DNA of 64,000 bases. Source: Curvularia clavata. Lineage: Eukaryota. The notes below the pieces were generated by a model. It was not told the origin of the DNA. It made no database searches and saw only the letters and a list, made by a program, of their open reading frames with translations. Location of the stretch: positions 4,960,001 to 5,024,000 of the forward strand of contig CP089275.1 in NCBI GenBank assembly GCA_023920165.1, in the 5' to 3' direction. Below are positions 1-12,955 of this stretch, one piece after another. Position numbers and translations under genes: made by a program. Position 1 is the stretch's first letter; every line of letters begins with the position of its first letter.

Positions 1-482
1 CATGGGGGGAGCTTGACTTTCTCATCGTGGACACACCACCTGGTACATCGGACGAGCATCTCTCAGTCAATTCGTTTCTCAAGGCGTCCGGTGTCGATGG
101 GGCGGTGCTCGTATCGACGCCGCAGGAAGTGGCGCTGCTGGACGTAAGAAAGGAAATTGATTTCTGTCGTAAAGCTGGCATACCTATTCTGGGTATCGTG
201 GAGAATATGAGCGGCTTCGTGTGTCCGGGGTGCAAGCATGAGAGCCAGATTTTCAGAGCGAGTACAGGTGGTGCAGCGAGGTTGGCAAAGGATGAGAATA
301 TTCCGTATCTGGGGGCCGTACCGCTGGATCCCAGGATTGGAATGGCGTGTGATTTTGGAGAGAGCTTTTTGACAGCATACCCTGATAGTCCGGCGTGTAA
401 GGCTATCCAGGAGGTGGTGAGGAGGGTAGGGGAGCAGATGGGGTTGGGGAGGGATGAGGTGCTGCCGGTGGAGGATGAGTAA
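1..482 (+). CDS. NBP35: Cytosolic Fe-S cluster assembly factor Nbp35 (Mrp/NBP35 ATPase), 3' part; 5' end outside window
   Basis: Motifs [50 protein letters not shown] and [15 protein letters not shown] are typical of Nbp35. Confidence 0.9.
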   Translation, partial: WGELDFLIVDTPPGTSDEHLSVNSFLKASGVDGAVLVSTPQEVALLDVRKEIDFCRKAGIPILGIVENMSGFVCPGCKHESQIFRASTGGAARLAKDENIPYLGAVPLDPRIGMACDFGESFLTAYPDSPACKAIQEVVRRVGEQMGLGRDEVLPVEDE

Positions 483-1680
483 GATGAATGGAACGGCGTC
501 TAGTGAGTAGACGCTGGGGTTGACGAAACAGCATGTGCTCAATTGCATAGCCGGTAGCGTTGTTTACAGGGAATCTTTCTGGCCGCTTTGGCCTGCATTT
601 TGGTCCAATCTCAAGTCAAATAAATGAACATGTTACCTATGTTTAATAAACGCAATGCATGCCAAACGCACGTCGTGTATCAGCCCACTCTGTCAATGCG
701 TGATTGACATTTACAAGCGCATCCGCATGCAAGGCTTACGAAAACCGTTCACGCAATCCCATGGCAGATCGCCATTTTGAAACACGATTCACAGTCTTGG
801 AGAGCTCAGCTGCTTGTGTTTGGCAGCGGTGGCTGAATGGGAGATTGCAGAGTGGATCAGAGCCACAATTACACCGCCACTCAACGTGCGTCATTGCACC
901 TGCCCTGCCCTGCCATGCGGGAAACATGCTCCTGCTTTTGTGAACAAGGGAAGGCACAAACCCGTCGCATTAGCGTGCCCTTGTGCGAATGCGAAGCTTT
1001 GCCCAAGAAAGGTGTCATGAGCTCATAGATGTCGCCCGTGTCGATGGTAGCTCAGGTTCCCGCGTCGATGACCCTTTAATCGCGAAGATCGCATCTGCAG
1101 CTATGCTTTGGTACACAAGAATGGTTCGAGCATGGCCAGGACTCTTCCCCACCCACCCCGGCTTAGCGGCACCGTCATCCCTGCTTGTCTCTGTGCTCAT
1201 CCCTCACTACTGGCACAACACACAACTTTCTGGGACTTGAAGGCCTGTCGAGGCGTACATGCCTTTGCGCCCCCTCCCAGCCTCTTTCCTTCTCTTCTCT
1301 TCCCCTCTGCCCTCAAAAACACGTGCAACCTGTCCGGCCCCCTAATATACCCACCCAAACTTAATTTCTGTGGTTGCTGTGTCTTTTGCTTTTGCGTTTC
1401 GCCCGCCTCCAATTGCATCGTCCGCGACGGAGCTACCTACCGCTACTATTACCCCCTCGTGTCGCGCGCGCATTCCCCATCTGCGCCCAGAGCTGCGGCT
1501 TATCCCAACCTCAGCCCATTGCCATTGTGAGTCCAATGCCTGTCCCAGCGTCAACCTGCGTCTGCTAACTGCAGTCCTAAAGGCACCGTTGCGTTCCCTT
1601 TGACGCGCTTGCGCAGAGCCTACTAGTTTGTTTTCAATTGCACCAGGCGGAGCCGTAAATCACGACCGGAAACTTGCGCT

Positions 1681-3873
1681 ATGGCGTACGAAATGCAACA
1701 ACCCGTCCTGGACGTAGTCCTGGGCCCGCTCCTCAACTACAGGCGCACCAGCAACCAACAGACCGGACAGCCCATATGGCACGGCAGCGTGCTGATTGTT
1801 ACAAAGCCTGGCCCCCAGGATGCAAGTGGTGCAGGTCCCGCCCCTCAGCTGGTGCTTTCGCCGGCTGGCGCTGTAGACAAGACCCTCGGCGATGTGAGGT
1901 TTAGCGTGGGCGAGACAGTGTCCCATGGCCAAAAGCTGTATGAGGACGGCGACAAGGCTTTCTGGCGCTTTCTCCTCGAGGCGCCCATGCAGCAGTTCGA
2001 GTCGAGGTGGAGCTACAACATTCAGGGCCTCCGGTACGCTGACGGCGCCGAGAAACCAATGCGATTCGTGATTCCCTCCATCACCCAGTCGATGCGCATC
2101 ATGTTCCACTCTTGCAACGGCTTCAGTGTTGGCACCGATCTGGATGTCTGGCAGGGACCTGTGCTCTGGAATGATGTCCTGCGCATGCATGAGCAGCGAC
2201 CCTTCCACGTCATGATTGGTGGAGGCGACCAGATCTACAACGACGGAGTGCGAGTAGACGGCCCGCTCAAGCCCTGGACCGACATATCCAACCCTCACAA
2301 GCGACGCGAGTTCCCCTTTGACAGGAAGATGCGTGACGAGTGCGATGTGTACTATTACAAGAACTACATCAGGTGGTACGGAACCGCTCCTTTCTCCACT
2401 GCCAATGGCCAGATTCCTCAGGTCAACATCTGGGATGACCACGATATTATTGATGGATTTGGCTCCTACACCGATCACTTTATGAATTGCGCAGTATTCC
2501 GTGGTATTGGAGGCGTCGCTCACAAGTACTATCTCTTGTTTCAGCATCATCTCGCTCCGCCCAAGAGCACTTTCACCACTGATGCTCCGCAGACGACGGC
2601 TGTACAGGCTTTGGGAGAAAAGACAACGCCTGTTGACCAGGTTCAGGCCCAGGATTCCTATGTAATGACCAACGATGAAGGCGACCCATCTTATATTATC
2701 GGTTCTAAGCCGGGTCCCTACGTGGAAGAGCGAAGTCGCAACATTTACTGCCAGCTTGGTGCTAGGATTGCGTTTGCGGGTATTGACGCGCGAACGGAGC
2801 GTACAAGACATCAGGTCAACTACCCCGAGACGTACAAGCTGCTCTTTGACCGTCTGGATGCTGAGTTTACTGCCAACCCGGAACTCAAACACATGATCTT
2901 GCTGCTCGGTGTCCCAATCGCGTATCCCCGTCTGATCTGGCTTGAGAACATCCTGCAGTCACCCCTGATTGCACCCATCAAGTTCCTGAACAAGCGTTTT
3001 GGCTTCGCAGGTGGCTTTTTCAATCAGTTCGACGGCAAGGTCGATTTGCTCGATGATCTTGACGACCACTACACTGCCCGCCAGCATAAGGAAGAGCGCA
3101 GACATCTCATGCACCAACTGCAAGCATTTTCCCAGAAGTTCTCCGCCCGAGTCACGATCCTTGGAGGAGACGTGCATCTGGGAGCCATTGGACGCTTCTA
3201 CTCCAATCCCAAACAAGGACTCCGTGCAGAGGAGGACTGGCGCTATATGCCCAACATCATCAGTTCTGCCATCACCAACAAGCCTCCACCTCAAGCCGTG
3301 GCCAACCTCCTTGCCAAGCGCAACAAAATTCACCACCTAGACAAGGAAACCGACGAGACGCTCCTCGAAATCTTCGACCGTGACCCAGCCCTCCCTGAAG
3401 GCGCTACTGTAAACGGCACTGCGAACGGCACAAACGGCACCGACACAGACCTCAAGAAACCAGACTCCAAAACCTCGGACTCAAATCACGCTACCATGCC
3501 CTCCCGCAACTATGCCATCATCTGTGAATCTACCATTCCTCCCCCCGCCACCCTGTCCGCTCCCGGCCCCCAACCCGGTGCCACGCCTTCTGTGCATACC
3601 AACGGCGACGCAAAGTCCACGCTCAGTGAAGCCCCTGGCCTAAAGGACAACATGCGTCACCCATTCCACCTCGGCGAGCAGGGCGCTGGCACCCAGCATC
3701 CTGCTGCCAATGGTATCCAGTCGTCTGGCTTGTGCGGTCCGTATGGTCTGGATGTTGTCCTGAGGGTGGAGATTAGTAATAAGGACCGTGAGGGCCGCAC
3801 GGATGGTTATGGATTTACGATTCCGGGCCTGGCTGTAAGTGAGGCCATGAAGGCGAAGGGGAGGCATTGGTAG
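1681..3873 (+). CDS. PhoD-like metallophosphatase family protein (fungal, no signal peptide)
   Basis: Intronless 730-aa ORF with MFHSCNGFS, GGGDQIYND, WDDHDIIDGFGSY and LGGDVHLG metallophosphoesterase-type motifs. Confidence 0.85.
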   Translation: MAYEMQQPVLDVVLGPLLNYRRTSNQQTGQPIWHGSVLIVTKPGPQDASGAGPAPQLVLSPAGAVDKTLGDVRFSVGETVSHGQKLYEDGDKAFWRFLLEAPMQQFESRWSYNIQGLRYADGAEKPMRFVIPSITQSMRIMFHSCNGFSVGTDLDVWQGPVLWNDVLRMHEQRPFHVMIGGGDQIYNDGVRVDGPLKPWTDISNPHKRREFPFDRKMRDECDVYYYKNYIRWYGTAPFSTANGQIPQVNIWDDHDIIDGFGSYTDHFMNCAVFRGIGGVAHKYYLLFQHHLAPPKSTFTTDAPQTTAVQALGEKTTPVDQVQAQDSYVMTNDEGDPSYIIGSKPGPYVEERSRNIYCQLGARIAFAGIDARTERTRHQVNYPETYKLLFDRLDAEFTANPELKHMILLLGVPIAYPRLIWLENILQSPLIAPIKFLNKRFGFAGGFFNQFDGKVDLLDDLDDHYTARQHKEERRHLMHQLQAFSQKFSARVTILGGDVHLGAIGRFYSNPKQGLRAEEDWRYMPNIISSAITNKPPPQAVANLLAKRNKIHHLDKETDETLLEIFDRDPALPEGATVNGTANGTNGTDTDLKKPDSKTSDSNHATMPSRNYAIICESTIPPPATLSAPGPQPGATPSVHTNGDAKSTLSEAPGLKDNMRHPFHLGEQGAGTQHPAANGIQSSGLCGPYGLDVVLRVEISNKDREGRTDGYGFTIPGLAVSEAMKAKGRHW

Positions 3874-4463
3874 AAGGTGTATCTTTGGTAGATTGAGAGA
3901 AGGTCGACGAGGAGTTTTAATGCGGTGGAAGGGATGGAAGTGTGATGGTATGTTTAGTGGCTCTGTTATGGTTATGTTTACTGCTACTGTTTAGTTACAT
4001 ACCCTTTAAAATGATTTGTTTTTATTGCGAAATGATTATATCGTTGCTGTACGGGGCTAGTTCTATTGAGAATTGAGGTTTGGTCGAATGAATGGAAGAT
4101 CCCTCTGAGGAATCAGCTGGAGCTTTTACTATCACATTATATTGTATGCAGATACTTAGGTAAGATGTGTAATCGATTTCGAAAGGTCCAAGGACGACTC
4201 GCAATTAAGTAATCAAAAGCAGGTATTAAGAACCAATCGTTAGTAGTTCTTTTCGGGGGTTATCTGCTCCGAAAAAGGACCTGATATAGTCCATCATCTG
4301 ATCAAGTGACACCACACCACGACAAAATTTTAGGTTTACTAGACATACACACATTTTCGAGGCTCACACATTTTTGAACTTTCCATATTTTTCTATTTTT
4401 TCTTTTGCTTACATGGCAGAGCAGGCGGCATAGCAGCAGACAGTGGTATATGTGCGTATATGT

Positions 4464-4482
4464 ACAACAACAACAACAACAA
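4464..4482. repeat. (CAA)n microsatellite inside a purine-rich low-complexity tract (about 4400-4760)
   Basis: acaacaacaacaacaacaa seen directly. Confidence 0.8.
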
Positions 4483-4764
4483 AAAGGGCAAACGGGCCCC
4501 AGAAAGAAAAAGGAAAGGAGAAAAGAAACAAAAAAAGGGCAAAAAGCGCCCTTTTTTTTTCTAGAGAGAACTCGTGGGGCGTTACTTGCTTTCTGATTTT
4601 CTTACAGGCGGAACGACTCGTACACGGGAAGCAAAGACATGAGGAAGACAAGGATATCCAGGAGAAGACCAAAAAAAAGAGAGGAAGAGAAAAAAGGAAT
4701 ACATGATGACACATGGAGGAAAGGAAGGGGGGGGAGAAAAAGGAGCTTACGGACATATGTAGCA

Positions 4765-6309
4765 TCACCACGAGAAAGAATGCTGTAGCGACCTTGGCTC
4801 CTCACTCATTGGCTTCCTGAGCGAAGCAAACAATGCAAGCAACTGGGCCGCCTCCATAGCCCCAGACTCTTGCCAAAAGGTCGACGCCGAAGTCTGCTGC
4901 ATGGCGAGTTCATAGCACGTTTCGAGCAGGGCATTGGTGGGCTCGGGAGAGTCCTTGATGCGAACTTTCATGGCAATTGCCATTGCGAGGAAGACGTGGA
5001 ATCGGGCCATGGACATGGAGACTGAGATTTCGACGGCGGACGAGGGCTGGGGGTTGGGGTAGACGGCTTCGCAGAAGCGGGCAAAGAGCAGAGGGGACAA
5101 AGAGTAGGCTTTGTAGTCGAGGGCTTCGACGTGGCGGATGAACTCGTTGGTGAGGGTTTCAGCTTCGAAACGGCTGGGCAGAGGCGTAGTAGCAATGGCT
5201 CGGCTCCGGTCTGTGAAACTGGATCGGGACGACGATGGGCCGGGGCTGTCTGCTTGGCGGGCGGCGAAGACTCCCTGACGGGGGAGCCGTGGGGCGGGGG
5301 CCAGGGGCAGCAGATCGTCTTCGACTTCGGGGATGGGCGACATGGTTTGCTCGTTGCTTCCTACGGACAGGGACGACATGGATGTTTTGCGGGAGTGGCC
5401 GCCTCGACTGCTCGTCCCCGGTTGCAGCTGGTTGGAGCCCGCTTGCGCCATGAATTCCCACGAGGGCGCAGTGTGCATTTCTGACCCTGCTGGCGCGGCT
5501 GCTGCTGCCGATGACGACGATGGAGAGGCGTGCGATTTCGAACCGTACCTGGCCGTATAGGAAGGTAGCGATGGACCCGAGAGCATGGATTCGGGAGAGG
5601 AGGCACGCGTGGTACCTAACCATAATGAAGGTACTGGTGAAGACGGCGAGGAAAAGTTGGGGAAAGGCTCACATTCGTCTATGGCGATTGAGGGCATGCT
5701 GCCACTTCGAGCCGAGAAAGCGCCCAAGTCCAAGTCGTCTGCCGTAAAAGTCGCGGGAATGCTCGTATCAAGGTTGAGATGGTGAGATGGGCCTGCTCCT
5801 CCGGCGTGCTGCCAGTCAAACGATGTGGGTGTACCGGCCATGAGATTATGGTCAATCGACTCCATGCCGTGCATTGGCGCATTCACATGTCTGGCGAGTT
5901 GGGCTTCGAGCTGGTGTATTCGACCTTCAAGAGCCTCTCGATGTTCCCTTTGCAGCCGAGAGTTAGTTGCATTTTCGTCAGGTGGAGTCCCGCGCGACAT
6001 GGCTTTTGCAGCGTCGCTTTGTGGGAGAGCGAGGGTACTGACGATGCCACGACCTCTTTGGGTTTTTGCGTTCTTATACATTGCACTGCAAAGCGTTTAC
6101 ACGTTGCGCACGGCGTCTCGCCGTCGCAGCGAATCTTCCTCCTCCGACAGCGCTCGCATGCATTCGACACGGACTTTCGTCTGGGCTGCCAATCCTTTAC
6201 GGCGGTAGGTGCGAAGCGCGCTGGACCTTCTCCTGAAGGAAGTGATGCTTTGTTTTCTTAGCAATGTTAAGATGCAGGAGGGTATGCCAAGCTTACTGAA
6301 GGGGCACAT
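4765..6309 (-). CDS. Zn(II)2Cys6 transcription factor
   Basis: ACERCRRRKIRCDGETPCATC binuclear cluster. Intron 5948-6042 (GTCAGT...CTAAC...AAG) joins EVVAS to EHREALEGRI. A probable short first exon (ATG 6309) is followed by a GTAAGC intron, so the start is less certain. Confidence 0.85.
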
Positions 6310-7212
6310 GCTGGTGGCCAATGTAGAGCGTTCCGCTTCGGATGAGAGGGCTTCCGAGAGTCTTTGATCAATTGCGGAGAGTGGACAGGGCGTGATCATA
6401 AGACGGAGGCGTGAGAGGGAAGGGTACTGCGGAGGACGAGATCTCGGTTTGTTTTACATCCCGCTGAGGAGAGTGATGACAGACCTCGAGGCTTGACTAA
6501 TCGTCTACACCTGCCGCGAAATTGGGCGCTGAGGACCCAGACGACACAGATTTCCGACAGTTGGGGCTTCACCAAGGGCTGCGACATGTCTGCAGCGGGC
6601 GCTGGGCGTTGCGGGTCCTGATAGGCCTGGGCCTGCGACGACTGGGTCCTGGGTTTCGCATCGACTTTCCCTCCACATGGCGAACTTCTAGAAGATGGAC
6701 CATCGCGGCCGGGGTTGCAGGGACGGGAACGCGGCCGCCCCTCCGCTTCTGCAGCATAAGTGTCGCAAAGCCCCTCGCCCCAACGGCCCTTTGGACATGC
6801 AAAAGGGCGGAGTCGACGGTTCAAGCCTCCGCTGCGTTTGTCGCATTGCATTTCAGATCGGTGGGCGCATACCTCGAGCCGCCGCACAACGCTCTTCACC
6901 TCACACCCAGACACGGCGGCCAGTAGCCATGTGGGCCCGACGACGTTGGAACTAACCTCCGCCCATGGCCTTGGTCTCGCCGCGCGCCCTGATACCACCA
7001 GGAGCGCCGTTCAACTGCCGAGAACACACCAAACATCGTCGTCCCGTGTTTTCACCCCTTATCATGACACAAAAGCCTTGGCATCCCCTCGCCCTCTTCG
7101 ACCTGGGAACCGACTCTGCTTGCGCGAGCCGCGCGTCTTCACAATCACTTGCACGAACATCAGGCCAGGCCACCACCGTCGCCGTTACAACACTCCATTC
7201 TTCAATAGGACA

Positions 7213-9267
7213 CTATGCGGCACTACGCGACTCAGCGCGACATAGCGGGCCATCAGTCGATTGAACCCCTTTGCCAATGATCCCTCCGTCCTCAATCGCC
7301 CATCCCTCAGTACCGATCCCGTGGTGGACATAGAACAACATGCTGGGATCGTATTTGTTCTTGATCTGCACGAGCCTCGGGTAATTGTCGCCCCAGAAGG
7401 ATCGCTGCCAGTCGGGCTCTGCAATGTCGGCTTCATTACCGTACGCGCCGCCCTGAGATGTAATTTCACGTAGCGGCGCCATGACAGTGTTGGTGAGCTT
7501 TTCCACTGTGGCCGCCCATCCTGCAGGCGTCTCATCGGCAACCCTGTTGATAATGACCATCTGGCTCTCTGCATCGCGAAAGGCGGGGTTTGCTGAGTTG
7601 ACATCTTTGTTGTCCTGCTCAGCCGGTCGCTGGTGGTACATGCTGACTATCCCAGCGCTATCGACCACGTTTCGAACAGCGGCAAAAGTTTGATTGCGTA
7701 TCTCAGGATTCTTCCAGTTATCGGATGTCACTATACGATTCGACGCAATACCTCCAGCACCACCGATAACCCAATCCAATGGGGCGAATGTGGCCTGGTA
7801 AGCTGGGTAGAAGCTGTCGTAGTAGGTGGTATTCGCATTGATCTTAATACCCAGCGAAGCGCACTTTTTATAGAAAGGCTCCATCAGAGCCTCATACTCA
7901 TCAACACTTTTGTCAGTCGCGAAAAAGGGCCCCATAGACCACATATAGCTTCCAGGCCCCAGTGCCAGGAGTGTAAAAAAAGAGTAGGTCTTAGCTCTGT
8001 TGTACGCAGGCATGTTGTCAAAGTAGAACCTAAAGGCTTCCCAGAAGCTGTCAGCACTAACGGTCTCAGAAGTCATAATAGTCCAAGTCGAGGTGGTAAC
8101 GGGGACTTGGCGATGGACTTTGACAATAGCAGAAGTGATAACACCAAAGGTGCCGCCACCTCCTCCAAGCATGGCCCAGTACAGATCGCTGTTTACCTCG
8201 GGCGTGACGGTGACGAAGCGCCCATTCGCCAGCACGGCCTCGAAAGCGACAACCTGGTCAGCGCCAAGTCCGAAATGCTGCATTAGAGGTGAATGCCCAC
8301 CACCAGTCGAGTAACCACCAGTGATGCCAACTGTTGGACAGATACCAGCCACAGCAGAAACGCCGTACTTGTCAGCGGCTTGATAGAGCTCGAAACCTTG
8401 CACACCAGCACCAAGCTTGAAGACGGGTCCCTTGTACGTAGAGCTTGCGTAATCCTTGACGTACTTGATTTCCTTGAGTCCATGGGTCCAGATGCTGAGC
8501 GCCCCCTTTCCAACTGAACGGCCGTTGTAGTCGTGACCAGTATTGCGAACAACTAGACGAAGGTTGAGGTTGCGGGCGAGATTTACCGCCAATTGGATTT
8601 GCGCAACATTACTAACTTTGACGGCATATTCTGAGTAGCCGCCTTGAGTGCAAGTGCCATTTGCGGAGTTGCCTGAAGCTGGAATTGGGCAGGTCATGCC
8701 GTACCACAAAGGATTCATCAAAGCACCGTTATCATTATAGCTACGTGCGTTAGCTATCAAACCACCATGACTTTGGACATGCACATACTAGATCTCCTCG
8801 GCATTGAAGTTCTGGACAAGCTCGGCACACCTTGCAGCGTCGTAATTATTGTATTGCGATTGTTTATAGCACGGCGAGCCAATAGGAACAATCTTCTCCA
8901 ACGCACCACCGAGGAGGGCATTGAATACTTTCCAGCCAGATTCGCTCGGGTACAAAGGGTCACCTGGCATAGTTTTGCAGCGAGGAGACCTACGGGCCCG
9001 GCGGGTGCGCGCCGAAGTTGCGGGTTCCAGGCTGTCTCCAAACTCGACAAGTGAGGCGTACTCCGCATAGTCAGTGTGCTCTTTGATTGCTGCAACGACT
9101 TTGTCCGTCAACTGTATGACCTCCGTGTCAAAGAGGGGCAGGTTGGCAGGTGTGACATCGGCAGGAAGTTTTTCTGCAGCAGGTGAAACAGAAACAACCG
9201 TTGATCCATTTTGCGCCGACACTAGGGCTGCGTAGAATATTCCAAGAGAAATCGAGTGTTTCAGCAT
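7213..9267 (-). CDS. Secreted FAD-linked oxidoreductase (berberine-bridge/isoamyl alcohol oxidase-like)
   Basis: Signal peptide MLKHSISLGIFYAALVSAQ. Intron 8741-8788. RNTGHDYNGRS FAD-attachment motif, GGYSTGGGHSPL, and C-terminal AYGNEAD/FWGDNYPRL...KYDP BBE motif. Confidence 0.9.
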
Positions 9268-10509
9268 CTTGATGTATGAGCTGCTGAGCGAGAAGAACAA
9301 GGTCACAAGGAGTGGCACAACAGGTCCTAGCAACCACGTTTCTGCGGCTTATAGAGACCTTTTGTATCCTCTCGCCACAAACGTACATACTGCGGCGAAG
9401 ACCCCATTTCTGTCGACAATATTATACACATTGCTTGGGTACACCATTCGGAGCATGGATGGACGGCAGTAAGCGGCAGTAGTGCGAGGTAAGTTCATCA
9501 GAAATCCGCTATGGTTGGGCGAAGGAGTGAGGTACCTTTCGTCTAGAACGCATAGGCGACCGGTTAAACATGCAACGGGGATGCTTCTCCGACCGTAATG
9601 CTGGACCCTTGATTGCCATCAAAGGTACGCCTTAAACTACCAGTATTCTCCACCGGCCGCCAATGCCGTTTGCATCTTGGATCCTGCAGGATCGTGGTCG
9701 CACACCGCTTGCCAAGGACCGTTTTGCTAGTGCATCCATGTCCCGCTATGTGTAGTAAGGGTTTCGCCGCGTTTGAAACGAAAGGAAAACATAGTATGCC
9801 TGACGGCCTCGTCGTTCGTTATGCCGCAGTTTGGTAGAGCTGCATTCTCTTCCTTGTACAGCCACGTTGTCGTGACGGGATTTTGCTCCGCGTTCCTTGT
9901 AACCTACCGAACCGCTGTTTGCGCTCCGCGGTCGTTCGAGACAAGTTCCACGGGACTGGAAGGATCGTTTCGTAGCAGCTTGTTTCGGGCAACACATCCA
10001 GTACTAGCGTATTGAATGCGTATGCGTGCTACTCATGGCAAAGTTAATGCGAGAGGCCTATAGACCAACACGTCCTCAATGAATGAACGTTAGGCCCGAA
10101 TTGGGGTTGTGACTAGATGTGAAGAATGAAGGATAAACAGGTGCTTATTCCGTTCTGCCAAGACGTTTTGAGTTGGACTTGATCGGGACTAGCCTAGGTT
10201 CTGGTATCTAGGCGATGTCGCAAGTATGACACTATCAAGTCCACCAAGCAATTGCTTCGAACATTTCTCTATAGATTTCATCTTGTCATGCGAGAAAGAC
10301 TGGTGTCGTACTCGGGAATATCTGTGGCGCTCACGTGAGTATCGGCAGGACTCGGTAGAAGTTGACCCGCATGCGAGCACCGGCAATGTTTCCGATCTTT
10401 AGGCGATATACCCGGGTTACCGACTTCCCCTCAAATGCCATCACGGAGGTTGGCCGATGCAGGAGATAAGAGCTTAACCTGGACAGAGTGATTGTTAGAA
10501 GCTGAAATC

Positions 10510-12125
10510 ATGTCGCGAATCAATGGAGCAGAAGTAGCGAAGCATCACAGCAAGAATGACTGCTGGATTGTCCTAGATTCCAAAGCGTACAATGTGACTA
10601 GCTTCTTATCTGAACATCCAGGTGGCGCTCCGATCATCTTGAAGAATGCTGGGTCGGTAAGTTTACTGTAGTGCATGGTGGAAACATAACCTTACACCTG
10701 AATAGGACGCGACGGAAGAGTTCAAGAAGTATCATCCATTGAGCTACCTGGAAGACTATCTACCAAAGGATGCCTATCTAGGGCCTGTCGACCCTAACAG
10801 CTTCGGCCAGCTTCGTCAAATCAAAGACACGGATTCGAAGAAACCATCTGAAACCGACCCCAACTCCAATGAAATTCCACATGTGAGTCTTTGTGTCTCC
10901 ACGACGGATTTTGAACCCGTTGCAAAGGTTGTTATGCCCCACAAGTCATACATCTATGTCTCTGGCTCTGCAAACACTGGTGCATCGATCAAAGGCAACA
11001 TCGATGACTGGAGTCGCATCAGTTTCCGCCCGCGCGTAATGCGTAATGTAGGCGAAGTAGATACCCGCCGCAAAATCTTTGGACACAGCTCGCCATATCC
11101 GTTCTACATCTGTCCCATGGGAACAATGGGAGCCATCCATCCCGGTGCCGAACCGGAAATGATACAAGGAGCCGTCCGCAAGGGGATACACAAAGTCGTC
11201 AGTACAGCTAGCTCCAAGAGCACCGAGCAAATCTGGCAGAGCTACGTCGACGAACAGCAGCGGCTTGGTAACGGTAGTCCGACACAACTATTCTTCCAAT
11301 ACTACATTCCCGTAGACAAGCAAAAGGCCCTCGAGCTCCTACGCCTAGTGAAGCGCTGCGGATACAAGGGCCTATGGATCACAGTCGACACACCCATTCT
11401 CGGCAAACGCACCGCGGACCGTCGCCTCCAAGCCGAAGAAGCCTTCGCAGTTGGTCTTACCGAGGAGAGTCCTGGAGAATGGGAAACCGGTGGCGAGAAC
11501 GCATTTGCACCCGCGATGGGTGGACGCCCTGTCCAAGGCCAACTAACGCCCTACATGACATGGGCAGATCTCGAGTGGATCCGCAAAGAATGGGAGGGAC
11601 CCATTGTCCTCAAGGGCATCCAATGCGCGGAGGATGCCAAACTAGCCATGGAATACGGCTGTGACGGTATCTTGCTTAGTAACCACGGCGGACGACAATT
11701 ACATACGGCACCCAGCGCACTCATGACGCTGCTTGAAATCCGCACTTACTGCCCAGAAGTGCTGGGCAAGCTCGAAATCTTCCTCGACGGCGGCCTGCGC
11801 GACGGAAACGATGTGCTCAAGGCATTGTGCTTGGGTGCAACAGCAGTCGGTGTCGGGCGCCCGTTCCTCTACGCGCTGGGTGCATACGGTGCCAAGGGCG
11901 TTGAGAGATGTGTTGATAGTAAGTCTGAATGTGTACAAAAACCTTGCAAGATTGTATAACTAACCACCGTACTTTTTTCTAGTCCTTGCCGATGAGGTCG
12001 ACACCGGAATGCGCTTGTTAGGTATCACGTCGTTGGATCAGTGCAAGCCCGAAATGGTCAATGCAAGTCGTCTACTGAACGAGATGTGGCGGCCTGAGCA
12101 CCTGCATGCGAAGAGCAAGTTATAG
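10510..12125 (+). CDS. Flavocytochrome b2-like FMN-dependent alpha-hydroxy acid dehydrogenase with N-terminal cytochrome b5 domain, C-terminal SKL
   Basis: Exon 1 has HHSKNDCWIV...HPGG (cyt b5). FMN-domain motifs ITVDTPILGKR, SNHGGRQ, DGGLRDGND, GRPFLY. Two introns; spliced C-terminus ...HAKSKL*. Confidence 0.9.
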
Positions 12126-12226
12126 ATACATCATAGAGACAGTACTTTTGAATAGACTGATGAGATTTATCGTACCTGTGATCGCCAATAGTATGTCTAT
12201 ACTTAGATGGGTTGCTTGATACTAGC

Positions 12227-12955
12227 GTATCTGGTCAGTGCGTGCAACGGGTCAGTCAATGCAACACTCCGCTTACTGCCAAAACGAGGCTATAGAGCCA
12301 CAACCAAAAACTATTATCATAAGACTTCTTGGTGTCGTAGTCTATATAGTCTAAATATCAGTTCTGTCTATTTATATTTCTTTAGCAGGCTGTTTTTGTG
12401 GCTGCGCGTAGTAGTTTTAGCGATACCCGCTTGCGAAAATTCTACCACTTTGACTGCCAATATCACCACCACTGTACAGTACTTTAGACTTTTGGAATAA
12501 CTGAATCTTCTATATATCTCTACTTTGCATATCGCGAGATTTTCTTAGAGTTTTAACTTTAGAATCTCAAGAAATGCAAGTCTTAGCAGAAATACCGCTT
12601 GAGAGTACGAAAAAAACTCGAAATTAAAAAAACAAGTAGAGAAAAGAGGTGTTAGCTATATTTTCTCAAAAGTCTCGTGACTCTAGGGTTAAAATTTTAA
12701 GGAAATCTCGCAATAGATAGAGTAGATATAGAGAAAAAGATCTAATATTTTAAAAGTTAAAAAATTGAAAAGGTAGTGGTGGTGTAGGCATTTAAAGTGG
12801 CGGTAGCTCTGCATTAAAACTACCATGCGCAGCCACAACAACAGCCTGCTAAAGAAACCTAAATAGACAGAATTGATATTTTGGCTCTATAGCCTCGTTT
12901 TGGCAGTAAGTGGAGTGTTGCATTGACTGACCCGTTGCACGCACTGACCAGATAC
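12227..12955. mobile_element. Non-autonomous foldback/MITE-like DNA element with long terminal inverted repeats
   Basis: 12227-12300 and 12882-12955 are inverted repeats matching at 73/74 nt. Weaker inverted similarity continues inward for about 350 bp per arm. AT-rich interior with no coding capacity. Confidence 0.85.

Noticed and set aside
1660..2892. 410-aa antisense ORF over the PhoD-like gene
   Set aside because: No recognisable motifs; explained as a codon-bias shadow of the sense gene
4405..4805. K/E-rich and F/L-rich small ORFs
   Set aside because: Products of a low-complexity purine/pyrimidine tract in the 3' region of the transcription factor gene
5948..6042. Apparent frameshift between the Zn cluster and the rest of the transcription factor
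   Set aside because: Resolved by a 95-nt GT-AG intron
8741..8790. Apparent in-frame TAG splitting the FAD oxidoreductase (readthrough or pseudogene)
   Set aside because: The TAG spans the donor of a canonical 48-nt intron (TA|GTATGT...GCTAAC...TAG)
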